A DNA stretch of 63,327 nucleotides, the filler included, from Octopus bimaculoides (Eukaryota), in assembly GCF_001194135.2 (NCBI RefSeq). It is 4 parts of 4 records of this genome, joined end to end, with 100 filler letters (N's around TTAATTAATTAA, not from the genome) between each part and the next. Parts side by side here need not be neighbours in the genome. Positions count along the whole stretch, not along the records: positions 1 to 24,827 come from NC_068992.1; 3 more parts are not named here. One strand, written 5' to 3'. Numbering within the stretch: position 1 is the stretch's first letter; every line of letters begins with the position of its first letter. Below the pieces are notes generated by a model that saw only the letters and a program-made list of their open reading frames with translations, was not told where the DNA came from and did no database searches. A program made the translations under genes and the position numbers. Below are positions 1-11,213 of the stretch, piece by piece.

Positions 1-85
1 AATACTGGATTCGATGTAATCGACTCCACCTCCACCCCACTCCCCCGAAATTGCTGGCCTTGTGCTTTTAGTAGAAAGGATTATT
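1..85 (+). mobile_element. SINE family A, 3' tail fragment
   Basis: GATGTAATCGACT...GGCCTTGTGC...GTAGAAAGGATTATT matches the 3' part of the family A copies elsewhere in the window. Confidence 0.8.
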
Positions 86-120
86 TTAATCGTCATCATT
101 ATGAGTATTTATGGAGAATT

Positions 121-286
121 AAACACACCAACATCGGTTGTCCAGCGGTATTGGGGAGGATAAACGCACACACACACACACACACACAACGGGCTTTTTT
201 CAGTTTCCGTTTACCAAATCTACTCACAAGACTTTGGTCGTCCTGAGGCTATAGTAGAAGACACTTGCCCAAGGTGCCACGCAGTA
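121..286 (-). mobile_element. SINE family B fragment with internal (CA)n
   Basis: Reverse complement of GTGGCACCTTGGGCAAGTGTCTTCTACTATAGCC...GGAAACTGAAA plus internal microsatellite, shared with 9670-10092 and 51390-51907. Confidence 0.85.
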
Positions 287-429
287 GTAGATACATAGTG
301 AAAGGACAAATTTACTGTTGTGTTCGTCCCGAGATAGTCTCTCATATGGACTTGCTGTGTTAGTAAGCACAAAATATATATATATTAATAGTGACCAATT
401 TCGCCTTAGTTTTTGGATGGTAGCAAGTA

Positions 430-870
430 CATGCTACTGAGAAAGCCCAATAAGGCAGAAATTCGCCCGAAACCACCTCATCGGTGACTACAGCTCGCGG
501 GACTCTGTGTATGGTAAGCCAACGAAAAATTACCTTGAAGTTTTGGAAGTGCTGGTCACCTGATGATGAATTATATCGCATATGGCTCGCTCTCAAAAGA
601 GATTTCACATTCTTGAAGTAGCAGTTTCCGTGTGGGAAGAATATAGTTTTGCTTTTCATGAAAACCGCAGAGTTATTTCCCTTGTAAACGATACCATAGT
701 TACCTCCCTTGTCAATTGATCAGATTTTTTTGTATATTTTCGATAAGTGCACAGGAAATAACCATCTTTTGTTATCAAAATTAGTGAATCCCAAAGTCTT
801 TTTTTGCGTAATAATCATCAGTCGGTTACTTTTATCCCAAAAGGCACGATTTCCGCATGCATCTACTCGG
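430..870 (+). mobile_element. Highly decayed Tc1/Tc3-like transposase remnant
   Basis: Frame-hopping translation gives RQKFARNHL..VW*ANEK..SPDDELYRIWLALKRDFTFLK*QF..G..QKARFPHAS. This resembles the Tc1/Tc3 order RLxFAxxH..VxWSDEKKF..GPDG..YWxDLR..RQFGGG..FQQDNAxIH, with many stops. Confidence 0.4.
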
Positions 871-886
871 TTGTATTTACTTCTAA

Positions 887-1098
887 GGCGAGCTGGCGAA
901 ATCGTTAGCACGCCGGGCAAAATTCTTAGCGGTATTTCATCCATCTTTAAGTTCTGAGTTCAAATTACGCCGAGGTCGACTTTGTTTCTCTTCCTTTCGG
1001 GGGCGATAAAATAGGTACTAGTTTAGTACTGGGATCGATATAAGCAACTTAACTCTCTCAAACTTGCTGGCCTTGTGCCAAAACTAGAAATCATTATT
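887..1098 (+). mobile_element. SINE family A (tRNA-derived), full length
   Basis: GGCGAGCTGGCGAAATCGTTAGCACGCC head (A-box-like), GAGTTCAAATT B-box-like motif, GGTCGAC..GGGGCGATAAA body, short ATT tail. Confidence 0.9.
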
Positions 1099-1104
1099 AA
1101 TTAT

Positions 1105-1298
1105 AATCCTTTCTATTCTAGGCACAAGGCCCGAAGTTTTGAGAGAGAAGACTAGTCGATTACATCGACCCCAGTACACAACTGGTAATTAATTTATCGA
1201 CTCTGAAAGGATGAAAGGCAAAGTTGACCTGGGCGGAATTTGAACTCAGAACGTAGCGGCAGACGAAATACTGCCAGCGACACTGCCAGATCGCCGCC
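1105..1298 (-). mobile_element. SINE family A, tail-to-tail with the 887-1098 copy
   Basis: Reverse complement of the same head, B-box and body. Confidence 0.9.
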
Positions 1299-1377
1299 TT
1301 CATTATTAACTCTAATGATATATTTGATAATATAAGTATGGACGTGTGGTTAAGAAGTTTACTTTGCATCCACGTTG

Positions 1378-3180
1378 TTGCATCAATAGCCACAGCATAC
1401 CAATCCCACCGTTCATAGGGTGTTGACAGCAAATGGAGCGCCTGATCAGCGGAGTCCGTCCCTTCCGTAAGGGGCGTAAAAAGTAAACGCTCCAAATTGA
1501 CCAGGTACAAACTGGGGCAAGGCACGACGGTGAGGCGGTAATAAATGACGGAGGCGACGTATGTGTTCGCCAACTCTGCTCGGCCTTTCAAGGATAGCTT
1601 CCTCTCGGTCCATTTCTGGGTGAGACTGGCAACCCAGCTCGTCATCTCGATCCAGTTCTTTTCCAGTTGGATAACGGTCCGAACCAGACCCCGAGCAATT
1701 TTACGGGCCCGACCGTCCAACGTCTTACAACAATGTCCGTCGACACAGATCGAGGGTCAGTACATACAGAAGGGACAAGAGTGGGCACCCTTGACGGACC
1801 GAACTCCCGATGTTGTATGGTTCTGATAGGTGACGATTCACCCGGAATAACGACCAGATGTTGCTATACATGGCAGCGATCCAACCGCAGAAAACTGAAC
1901 CGAAATCGGGTGCCTTAAGAACAGCCGCCAGATATTGATGGTCAACCCTATCAAAGGCTTTTGACTGATCTAAATTGATCAGAGCCCCATCCATGCCAAG
2001 TTCTTTAACTATCCTATCCACGATGTAACGCATGAGATGGAGGTTGTCGTGAGAATTCTTTCATTCTGTTGCCAGTTGCAGAAGATATCTGCCAAGAGGC
2101 CTGCAAAGAAGTCCGGTATACTGCAATAAAGCTCGTAGAGCAGACCATCTAATCCTGGCGATTNNNNNNNNNNNNNNNNNNNNNNNNNNNNNNNNNNNNN
2201 NNNNNNNNNNNNNNNNNNNNNNNNNNNNNNNNNNNNNNNNNNNNNNNNNNNNNNNNNNNNNNNNNNNNNNNNNNNNNNNNNNNNNNNNNNNNNNNNNNNN
2301 NNNNNNNNNNNNNNNNNNNNNNNNNNNNNNNNNNNNNNNNNNNNNNNNNNNNNNNNNNNNNNNNNNNNNNNNNNNNNNNNNNNNNNNNNNNNNNNNNNNN
2401 NNNNNNNNNNNNNNNNNNNNNNNNNNNNNNNNNNNNNNNNNNNNNNNNNNNNNNNNNNNNNNNNNNNNNNNNNNNNNNNNNNNNNNNNNNNNNNNNNNNN
2501 NNNNNNNNNNNNNNNNNNNNNNNNNNNNNNNNNNNNNNNNNNNNNNNNNNNNNNNNNNNNNNNNNNNNNNNNNNNNNNNNNNNNNNNNNNNNNNNNNNNN
2601 NNNNNNNNNNNNNNNNNNNNNNNNNNNNNNNNNNNNNNNNNNNNNNNNNNNNNNNNNNNNNNNNNNNNNNNNNNNNNNNNNNNNNNNNNNNNNNNNNNNN
2701 NNNNNNNNNNNNNNNNNNNNNNNNNNNNNNNNNNNNNNNNNNNNNNNNNNNNNNNNNNNNNNNNNNNNNNNNNNNNNNNNNNNNNNNNNNNNNNNNNNNN
2801 NNNNNNNNNNNNNNNNNNNNNNNNNNNNNNNNNNNNNNNNNNNNNNNNNNNNNNNNNNNNNNNNNNNNNNNNNNNNNNNNNNNNNCCTTTCCTAAGCGCC
2901 TCTTCTAACTTTCTCACTAAATCACCCTCTAATCTATTTGTTTCTACGGCTTAAACTTTGCTAAATCTAACTGATTCTACTTTGATGGCCCTTTTTAGGT
3001 TATACCACCATTTATTGTTGACGATTGCCCTCGTCAAAGCTTTCTGAACTAACTCTTTAATCCAGTCTCTGTAAGCTTGGCACGCTGGGAGTGACGTGTT
3101 CAGCCTCTAGTAGCCGGGGCCCTGTCTACGTATGCTATCTAAGTCAACGCTAAGAAATTCAGCTAATGGACCCAGTGCAT
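1378..3180 (-). mobile_element. L1/Tx1-clade LINE ORF2 remnant (endonuclease-RT linker plus reverse transcriptase), gap inside
   Basis: Minus-strand translation in element order: QGPGY*RLNTSL..WWYNLKRAIK (2886-3180), SPGLDG, LINLDQSKAFDRVDH, SVRQGCPLLSLLYVL, WTERKLSLKGRAELAN, LRKG..HPMNGGIG; frameshifts and stops present. Confidence 0.92.
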
Positions 3181-3247
3181 TAAACAGCCGAGGTTTTGCC
3201 GCTAAGCATTTCGCTCGGTGTGCTAACGTTTCTGCCAGCTCGCCGCC
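3181..3247 (-). mobile_element. SINE family A head fragment
   Basis: GCTAAGCATTTCGCTCGGTGTGCTAACGTTTCTGCCAGCTCGCCGCC followed by an (AAT)n array. Confidence 0.85.
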
Positions 3248-3251
3248 TTAG

Positions 3252-3313
<62 letters not shown>

Positions 3314-3661
3314 TATTAAAAAAAAAAAAATAAAAAAAATCGGGGGCGGTACGGGACAATACAATATAGATGGAGTGGAATAATGATGATGATGGTGGTG
3401 ATGGTGAGCGTAGCAGCAGTGGTGGCGTCAATTTCTCATTAAAACTTATAAACAAAGAAACAAACAAAGTATAAGACGAGACTTTCAGATTATTATTGGG
3501 AATCGTTTCCAGACAGTGGTGGATTAAGTCAAATTGATTTGGATTAGTATTAAACTGGATAGAGTACAAATAGCTGACTTGTTAGTAGGTTGGACAGTAT
3601 ATACAAGTGGGTCGTGAATTTCTATCCATTTACATTGACATTCAGCTTCATTTGTTTTTGC

Positions 3662-3900
3662 TCTCTTCTACTGTTCAATCATTGGACTACGGCCATGCAG
3701 GGGCACCGCTTTGAAGTATTTTTTGTTTTAGTCGAAGGGTATCATAGTCGAATAGATCAGGTTGGTATCAATACTTATTATTTTTTTTTTATTAAGTCTT
3801 GGACTTATTTCATCAGGGTCTCTTTTGCCGAACCCGCTAAGTTACGAGGAGATAAACAAACCAACACCGGTTGTTAAGGGTGGGGACAAACATAGACACA
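3662..3900 (-). mobile_element. SINE family B 3' half
   Basis: CAATCATTGGACTACGGCCATGC..CTTTTGCCGAACCCGCTAAGTTACG matches the family B tail. Confidence 0.75.
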
Positions 3901-4114
3901 AAGAGAAATGCACGCACGCACACATACAAACATGCATACACATACATACATACATACATACATACATACATACATACATACGTACATACATACATAAGGA
4001 GTCAAAATTATAATGATGTTTGGTTGATAATTGATGATGGACGAACATGTACACGTCGTTTGTTTTTTGCTATTTTCCGAATGTTCGTTCGTTGTCTTTT
4101 CGTGTAGCATTTTA

Positions 4115-4210
<96 letters not shown>

Positions 4211-4213
<3 letters not shown>

Positions 4214-4403
4214 GGCGCATGGCTCAGAGGTTAGAGCGTCGAGCTTACGATCGTGAGATTGTGAGTTCGATTCCCGGACCGGGCTGCGTGTTGTGTTCTT
4301 GAGCAAGGCACTTTACTTAATGTTGCTCCAGTTCACTCAGCTGTAGAAATTGGTCGCGACGTCACTGGTGCCAAGATGTATCGGTCGTTGCCTTTCCCTT
4401 GGA
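4211..4403 (+). mobile_element. SINE family C (tRNA-like head)
   Basis: GAAGGCGCATGGCTCAGAGGTTAGAGCG..GAGTTCGATTCCCGG (A and B boxes) followed by TTGTGTTCTTGAGCAAGGCACTT body. Confidence 0.88.
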
Positions 4404-4896
4404 CGTGCTGTGTTTAAGAACACGATAATATATCAGGAGGAAACGAAAATCATCCCTGCAGTAACTAGTGAGAATGCTTGATGCATTTTGGCCTCCTTGT
4501 CGATGGTGTGAACTCACAGACAGCTTCATGCTTAGACGAGATTTGTCACTCCCGATAATTGGAAAAATAGCGAAAATCATTCTCTGGTACTGCGACTGCT
4601 CACCGATGAGTCGTAAATTAAAATCCATTGAAAGAACATTGGATTAATTACCGTTGGGTCGTCAATTTAAACCCATTACAAAGATATTAGGGGTTATATT
4701 GGTGGACAATGCTGAATTTTGAACTTCTATACAGTTTTCATCTGAATAAAAGCAAAATATCATTTGGCCAAGATGTCAGGCAATCGCACCGAACCTGAGA
4801 TCTCATTTTTCTTTTGTCATGATGAAGGCTCCAGTTGTTCGACCAATAATACTATCAACTTGTATTGTAGCGTAGTGAAAATGATTGGAGATTCAA

Positions 4897-5109
4897 GGCG
4901 GCGAGCTGGCAGAAACGTTAGCACGCCGGGCTAAATGCTTAGCGGTATTTCAGAAGTCGCTACGGTCTGAGTTCATATTCCGCCGAGATCGACTTTACCT
5001 TTCATCCTTTCGAGGTCGATGAATTAAGTACCAGTTGCGTACTGGGGTTGATCTAATCGACTGGTTCCCTCCCCAAAGATTCCGGGTCTTGTGCCTAGAG
5101 TAGAAAGAA
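4897..5109 (+). mobile_element. SINE family A, full length
   Basis: GGCGGCGAGCTGGCAGAAACGTTAGCACGCC head through GCCTAGAGTAGAAAG tail. Confidence 0.9.
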
Positions 5110-5263
5110 AAAAATGATTGGAAATTCCACCCCCACCCCCACCACCATCACCAAACCTCACCACCATAACTACCATTATCATTACCATAACCCCTCCCCT
5201 ACACACTATCATCACCACGATCACCTCCACCATCTTTACCACTACCACCAACTCCACCATTAG

Positions 5264-5305
<42 letters not shown>

Positions 5306-5639
5306 CACTACTTATGTCTGAAGATCGATCACACCCCGATCCACTTTGGTCACCGTGACCCTTTAATTTCCATTATTGTATTATGTTTTAGTAATATGAT
5401 TCAAGGTCGATTAATATATACAGAGTATATATGGGTTACTTTACTCCATACGTAATCCGTTGCTGAATAGAAAGTCAGTTTTATTATGCAAAACCCCCAG
5501 AGCGTTAGAGTGGTACAAAAATCCAGATTAAATGGCGGATTAAAAGTCTAATAAGTATTTAATTCTAAGTTCGATCGTGCTAGGGTCTATCTTGCTACCA
5601 CGCATCGTCTCTTTAAAGCCAAAAAAATATATAATTTGC

Positions 5640-5964
5640 CAGAAGCGACCCCACCCCTTTCGATCACAAATGACCACGGGATTGCACCTAGAAAGTTCCC
5701 TTCCGAGACACAAGTCCGGACAAGGTTGTTTATGGAAAACCAGCAGTCACCCATGCAGACCAGTTTTCCCCCCTTTCCACGGCACCGATGTGGTCCAAGG
5801 CAAAGGCTGATACAGCTTGCACCAGTGCCATTGCAATTCATTTTTGTAGCAACGTGAAACAAAGTATTTTGCTCAAGAGCACAGCATACAACCCGGTTCG
5901 GGAATCGAACTCACAACATCACGATTGTAAGCCCAACGCTCTAACCACTGAGCCATGGGCCTTC
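5640..5964 (-). mobile_element. SINE family C
   Basis: Reverse complement of the head at 5865-5964 (GGAATCGAACTCAC..CTAACCACTGAGCCATG..CCTTC); body matches 4211-4403. Confidence 0.8.
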
Positions 5965-6007
5965 GCATACTCTAATAATTGTATATAATAAATACAGGCA
6001 TACTTCA

Positions 6008-6600
6008 ACTTACGTCGGTGTTTGGTTCTAAGACATACGATTGAACTCGAAAAACAACGTCACACGAAAAAAAAAAAGAATAAAAAACATAAACAAACAT
6101 TAGACAGATGCCAAAACACCGACGAAAGCATAAGAGTCACAACTGAGGCCTATGACAGAAATTTGGGACATCTAAGAATTAAGGAAGCTATCCCCATAGA
6201 CAGACAAGTACCCCAAATTAACAACAGGCTGGAGGTTGGCAAGCTAGAAGGTTAGCTACATCTGAATGCGTGTAAGTTCATTTTTGATGACATGCTCATG
6301 TATAAAAAAAACCCCAGAAAAACTGCGCGTACATATCTTAGAAGCAGCGCTGCGGATGTGCCAATGCACACGAGCTTAAGACATGGCCGCCATCACGCAC
6401 TTCTCATGAGGATTTTCCGGAAGGAGCTACGTGAAACTATTGCAGAGACGCTTCCGAAAAAAAAAAATATTCAGTAACCGTTGGAAAACCGATTATAGCA
6501 GTGACTCGATCAATTCCTAGCGATATCTGAAGAAGGAATTTTTATATTCCGAAATATTATTATATCAGACTAGGAATAATTAAATTGTAACAGTTATTAT
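6008..6600 (+). mobile_element. Penelope-like element 3' remnant (GIY-YIG endonuclease C-terminus plus downstream pseudo-LTR region)
   Basis: TYVG at ~6008 and HLRIKEAIPIDRQVPQINNRLE at 6172-6234 resemble the PLE endonuclease motifs YxG..LxIxEAIxI....PxIN; a hammerhead motif follows at 6513-6577. Confidence 0.7.
6513..6577 (+). ncRNA. Type I hammerhead ribozyme, intact catalytic core
   Basis: CUGAAGA 6527-6533; extra A; stem II GGAAU/AUUCC (6535-39/6546-50); GAAA 6551-54; 2-bp stem III; AUU cleavage triplet ending at 6561; stem I GAUAU/AUAUC (6522-26/6562-66), internal loop, then AUUCCUAG/CUAGGAAU (6513-20/6570-77). Confidence 0.82.
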
Positions 6601-7589
6601 AGTCCATTCTGCAATGTTGTGCCATTCAAGACATTATATTTCACAAACATTTACTTGTTTTAATAACTGTCTTGTACATGTTTTCACATCTATTTTATTC
6701 GATTTTTAGGTGTTTTAAAAATCTTTTCTTTTAAATATGTTCGTTGAAACCGACGTAAAGTCGGATAAATCCATTAATGTCCCTCCACCCACCAAAAAAA
6801 AAAAAAAAAAAAATGAAGAACAACAAAAGACTAATATACAGTTGAAAAAGACGTAACTCGAAACGATGTAAGTTGAGTTATGTGTGTATTTTCATGTTTT
6901 TATATTCTATGTTCTGATCCTATCAGGGTTTATTTTGTGTTGAAAAATGTATCATCTACTAACCATATTATATTGGTTCGGTTCACTCAACTGTAACCTT
7001 CCCCCCCAGCTGCCTATTCTCATAAAATGTCTAACCATATGTCAATTCAAAGAGACTATGATTATACACGAAATCATGTCAAAAGATCAGAGACCCGTTG
7101 CCATTTCTTGCTATACACTGAGAACACGTGCCGAGCATGACGCTGTTTCCTGTACTCGAACGCTGCTATTATTCGTGAGCAATTGACGTGGACTGATGCA
7201 GATATGGTCACTTTAACATGATGCGAGCTGTTGAACGTGTGTTATAGACATTACACATGATAGCTTGTCTTAGTCATCCAACTTCCATCCTTATTTATTT
7301 ATTTATTTCTGTTTTCCGCCCTTGTCTGTAGCTTTCAGTTGTTATGTGTAGTGTAATTTTTACCGTACGTCCTTGCCAAAATACAGAAGTTTGCTTGTCA
7401 CGTAGTTGGGATCAACTTTAGCAAGCAGATATATGTCATGTTGTCGAGATATCTGTCAAATATTTCTAAACAGCATTGACATTAAATACAAAAACATTAC
7501 GATGAAAAATAATCATTCAAATTTAGCAGCTCGGAGCTGTTCATTATGAAAAAAAAAAAAAAAATTGTTAGTGTTATCTCCTAAGAATT

Positions 7590-7912
7590 GTTTCAAGTTT
7601 CGGCACAAGACAGGCAATTTCAGGGAAGTGGGAAGTAGATAAGCCGTGTTCGGCTGCTACTTATTTTATCGACCCCCGAAAGGATGAAAAGCAAAGTAGA
7701 CCTTGACAGAATTTGAAACTCATAACATTTTAGAGTAAATACTCATATGCTGAGGATGCTGCTGCACTCCGTCTCCAAATGCAGGAGTTGGGTGTCACAT
7801 CGGGATGAAAGGTAAAGTCGACTTCGGCGGAATTTGAACTCAGAACGTAAAGACAGATGAAATACCGCTAATCATTTCGCCCGGTGTGCTAACGTTTCTG
7901 CTAGCTCACCGC
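7590..7912 (-). mobile_element. Two SINE family A fragments (7590-7725 tail/body; 7802-7912 head)
   Basis: GATGAAAGGTAAAGTCGAC..GAATTTGAACTCAGAACG..GCTCACCGCC reverse-complement matches. Confidence 0.8.
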
Positions 7913-7934
7913 CTTGATGATGATGATGATGATG

Positions 7935-7980
<46 letters not shown>

Positions 7981-8370
7981 CAACAACAACAACAGCGACG
8001 ACGACGACGACGACGATGATAGCATTGGAAGCAATATTGGTTTGAATAATGACAGTTATCGCTATTGCACAACCCTGAAGAATATCAATTTACCATTAAT
8101 GAAATATCAACGAGAAGAAACCAATAACGACTGGTATAAATGTTGAATTTTATGTAATATAATGTCTGTAAGGACGTTGAACTGAGTTCATTTACGATAG
8201 AGGTCGCTACTTCACAGCACCCTAGAAAATATCTATTAACATCGTTGAAATGATAGTGAAGAAATGGCGGAGAAAAGAACAAAAAAAAATGAACGAATAT
8301 ATTGAAAGATAGATTACTTCTCATGAAAGTGATGCATTGGTTTAATTCTTAACGACATTGGCGTATTTGT

Positions 8371-8612
8371 GCTCGGGAAAATGAAAAAGTCTTTTACATT
8401 TCGAGCCTACGCTCTTCAACAGAAAGGAATAAGAGAAAATAAACAGAGATCGAAAGAATGAAAAAAACGTAGGTTTCAGCGGTCCAGCATCTCGAAAATG
8501 TGTGCGTATATATATATATATATATATATATGGGAGAATATACAAATAATAACAACAGACGAGGACAGGTGGTGTAAATAACAAAAGTATATATTAGTAT
8601 GACGCTCGGGAA
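8371..8612 (-). mobile_element. Hammerhead-bearing dispersed repeat (PLE terminal-repeat or retrozyme-like), permuted copy
   Basis: Two blocks homologous to 39529-39710 but in swapped order; GCTCGGGAA is present at both 8371 and 8604. Confidence 0.6.
8391..8426 (-). ncRNA. Minimal hammerhead-like motif, U6 core variant
   Basis: Minus strand CUUU-CUGUUGA-A-GAGC(GUAG)GCUC-GAAA-UGUA-AAAG: 4-bp stem I, 4-bp stem II, loopless stem III, GUA triplet. Confidence 0.62.
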
Positions 8613-8654
8613 TTATATATATATATATATACGCACACATACACCTACACACAC

Positions 8655-8790
8655 ATATGCACGACAAGCTTCTTTTAGTTTCCGTCAATCAAATCCACTC
8701 ACAAGTCTTTGTTCGGCTCGGGGTTTTAGTAGAAGGTGCGGCGCAGTGGGACTAACCCCAAGACCTCACGGTTGGGAAATAAGCTGCTTA
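8655..8790 (-). mobile_element. SINE family B head half
   Basis: TTTCCGTCAATCAAATCCACTCACAAG..GCAGTGGGACTAA..GCTTACTGCACA reverse-complement match. Confidence 0.75.
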
Positions 8791-9669
8791 CTGCACACCC
8801 ACACCTAAAAAGAAAAACAAAAGCAAAAAAATGAAAACAGTTGAACCAAAAGAGCCCTTCCCCCCCTCCCATACACACCAAGAAGTTTAACAGAAATACG
8901 TAAAGTACAATAGTCTCTTCTTGTTCAACGTAGGAATCCAAGAACTAGAGAGGAGAAAGATCAAATATTCCTTCATACTGAAAATGGCTGGAGGTGGAGG
9001 GTGGGTGGGGTAGGATAGTGGAGGGTTGGGTCAGTTGCTCATTATTAACTTTCTGTAGCAATATGGACAGGTGATCAGGACGAAGGTATGGGGAGGAGAC
9101 GAGGGAGGGGTCACGATGAACTTACAAGTTCTAGTGAGCTTTGACTAATTTCTTTTTACATTAAATTTCCTGGTCCCGGATGCATCTGTCATTGTTGTTC
9201 GTATTTTGTTTGCTTGTTTTCGGTTTAATTGTTGTCAAAGTTTTTCTTTAAAAGCGAGAGAGGAGGTGGGGCAATGTCTCTATTTCTTGTTAACATTGTG
9301 TCGAATACAGGCAAGAAAAACCGACGAAATGTATAAAAAGTGACTTTTCTGCTGAAACTAAGTGAATGAATTAAGATAAATTTATCACATTTCTTTACAA
9401 GGACCCCAAATACAAACATACACGCAAATATGCATGCACGCACGCACACACAAATACATACACACACGCACATGCAAATAAACATACACACAGCTATACA
9501 TACAGATATACACAGACATATACATACGCACACACAAACACATGCACACAGACATATACACACGCACACACATACACACACACAGACATACGTACACACA
9601 CACGCACAGTCACACAGACATATACATACTCACACACATAGACACATACACACAGACACATACATTTGT

Positions 9670-9862
9670 CTATTACTTGTTCTAGTTATTGGACTGCGGC
9701 CATGCTGGGGCATCGCCTCGAAAGGGTTTTAGCTGGGAAAATTCACGCCAGTATTTATTCCAAGTTTGGTATTTATGTGTTTATTCTATCATTCCCTTTT
9801 ACCGCGCTGAGATACTGGGACGTAAACACACCAGCATCGGTTGTCAAGCGATGTTGGGGGGA

Positions 9863-9935
<73 letters not shown>

Positions 9936-10092
9936 GACAGGCTTCTTTCAGTTTCCGTCTACCAAATCCACTCACAAGGCTTTGGTCGGCCCGAGGCTAT
10001 AGTAGAAGACACTTGCCCAAGGTGCCACGCAGTGGGACTGAACCCGGAACCATGTGGTTGGTAAGCAAGCTACTTACCACACAGTCACTCTT
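9670..10092 (-). mobile_element. SINE family B, full length with internal (TA)n(CA)n
   Basis: Head GAGTGACTGTGTGGTAAGTAGCTTGC..GGTTCAGTCCC, internal microsatellite, tail CCAGCATGGCCGCAGTCCAAT..GAACAAGTAA. Confidence 0.92.
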
Positions 10093-10509
10093 GCAGCTAT
10101 AAAGACTAAAGCTAAAATGAGTGTGAATGACATGATTTATGGAGGCAATGTGAGGAAGGGTGGAGATAAATACAAGACAAAAAGGTGCATTCGTTTAGGA
10201 AACATATACACACATACATAAGAACGAATTGTTAAGCTTGAGACGCATTGTTTTTCTATTGCAGCTCATATAATTAATGCAGTCAACTTCAAAGGAAGAA
10301 GCTTCGACCAAAGTCGTTCATTTATGAATTAATGTCTTTTTAAAAGAGGCAGTTTAAGGGTTTTGCATTTTGAATTCGTTTGAAGCCCGTTCAACTTTGT
10401 CTACAGGGTTATTGCTCTAAAGAACTGCTGCGCAGTCTTGTTTCTCTCAATGGCCTTAGCAACAATAGCACCGGTAAATGATAACCAGTAGCAAAAACAC
10501 CACCAATAA

Positions 10510-10581
10510 ACAATGATAATGATAATAATAACAATGGTAACAATGAAAATAATAATAACAATAATAATGATAACAATAATG

Positions 10582-10642
<61 letters not shown>
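10510..10642. repeat. (AAT)n microsatellite array
   Basis: Directly visible trinucleotide run. Confidence 0.95.
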
Positions 10643-10643
<1 letters not shown>

Positions 10644-10926
10644 TCCTGGATGATTCTATAACTTCTTAAATTGCAGAAGAATTTGGCGGTCAGGCAGTTT
10701 GGCTTAAATGGTAAAGCTTTCTAACCGGATATTAGAGGGATGTGAGTTCGATCCTCATGGCTGTGAGGATTTTGAGATTGGTACTGGATATCGTAGAAAG
10801 GGACCCTGTGCAGTATTTGGCAATAGATTATTGTCCGTTCTAAGAGGATTAACCGAAGCAATCAAGATCGAAAGCTCTCAGAAGATAAACGATATAACAA
10901 CAATAACAATAGTAATAATAATAATA

Positions 10927-10957
<31 letters not shown>

Positions 10958-11151
10958 CGACAATGATGATAACAATGTAGAAGTTGAAATGAAACTAGAG
11001 CGGCAGCTCCAAATATGACCGCGATGTATATAAATGTATTTGAAGTGAATGGCAATGACACAAATTCGTATGTGTACACACACACACACACACACACACA
11101 CATACNNNNNNNNNNNNNNNNNNNNNNNNNNNNNNNNNNNNNNNNNNNNNN

Positions 11152-11213
<62 letters not shown>

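Noticed and set aside
4211-4290. tRNA-like sequences (also 10693-10765, 36806-36875 and the heads of all SINE copies)
   Set aside because: A/B boxes are present, but they run into SINE bodies and lack a proper acceptor stem and cloverleaf; they are SINE heads, not tRNA genes
6395-6440. CTCATGAGG...GTGAAAC as another hammerhead
   Set aside because: The core is mutated (C for G5) and no convincing stem I or II can be drawn
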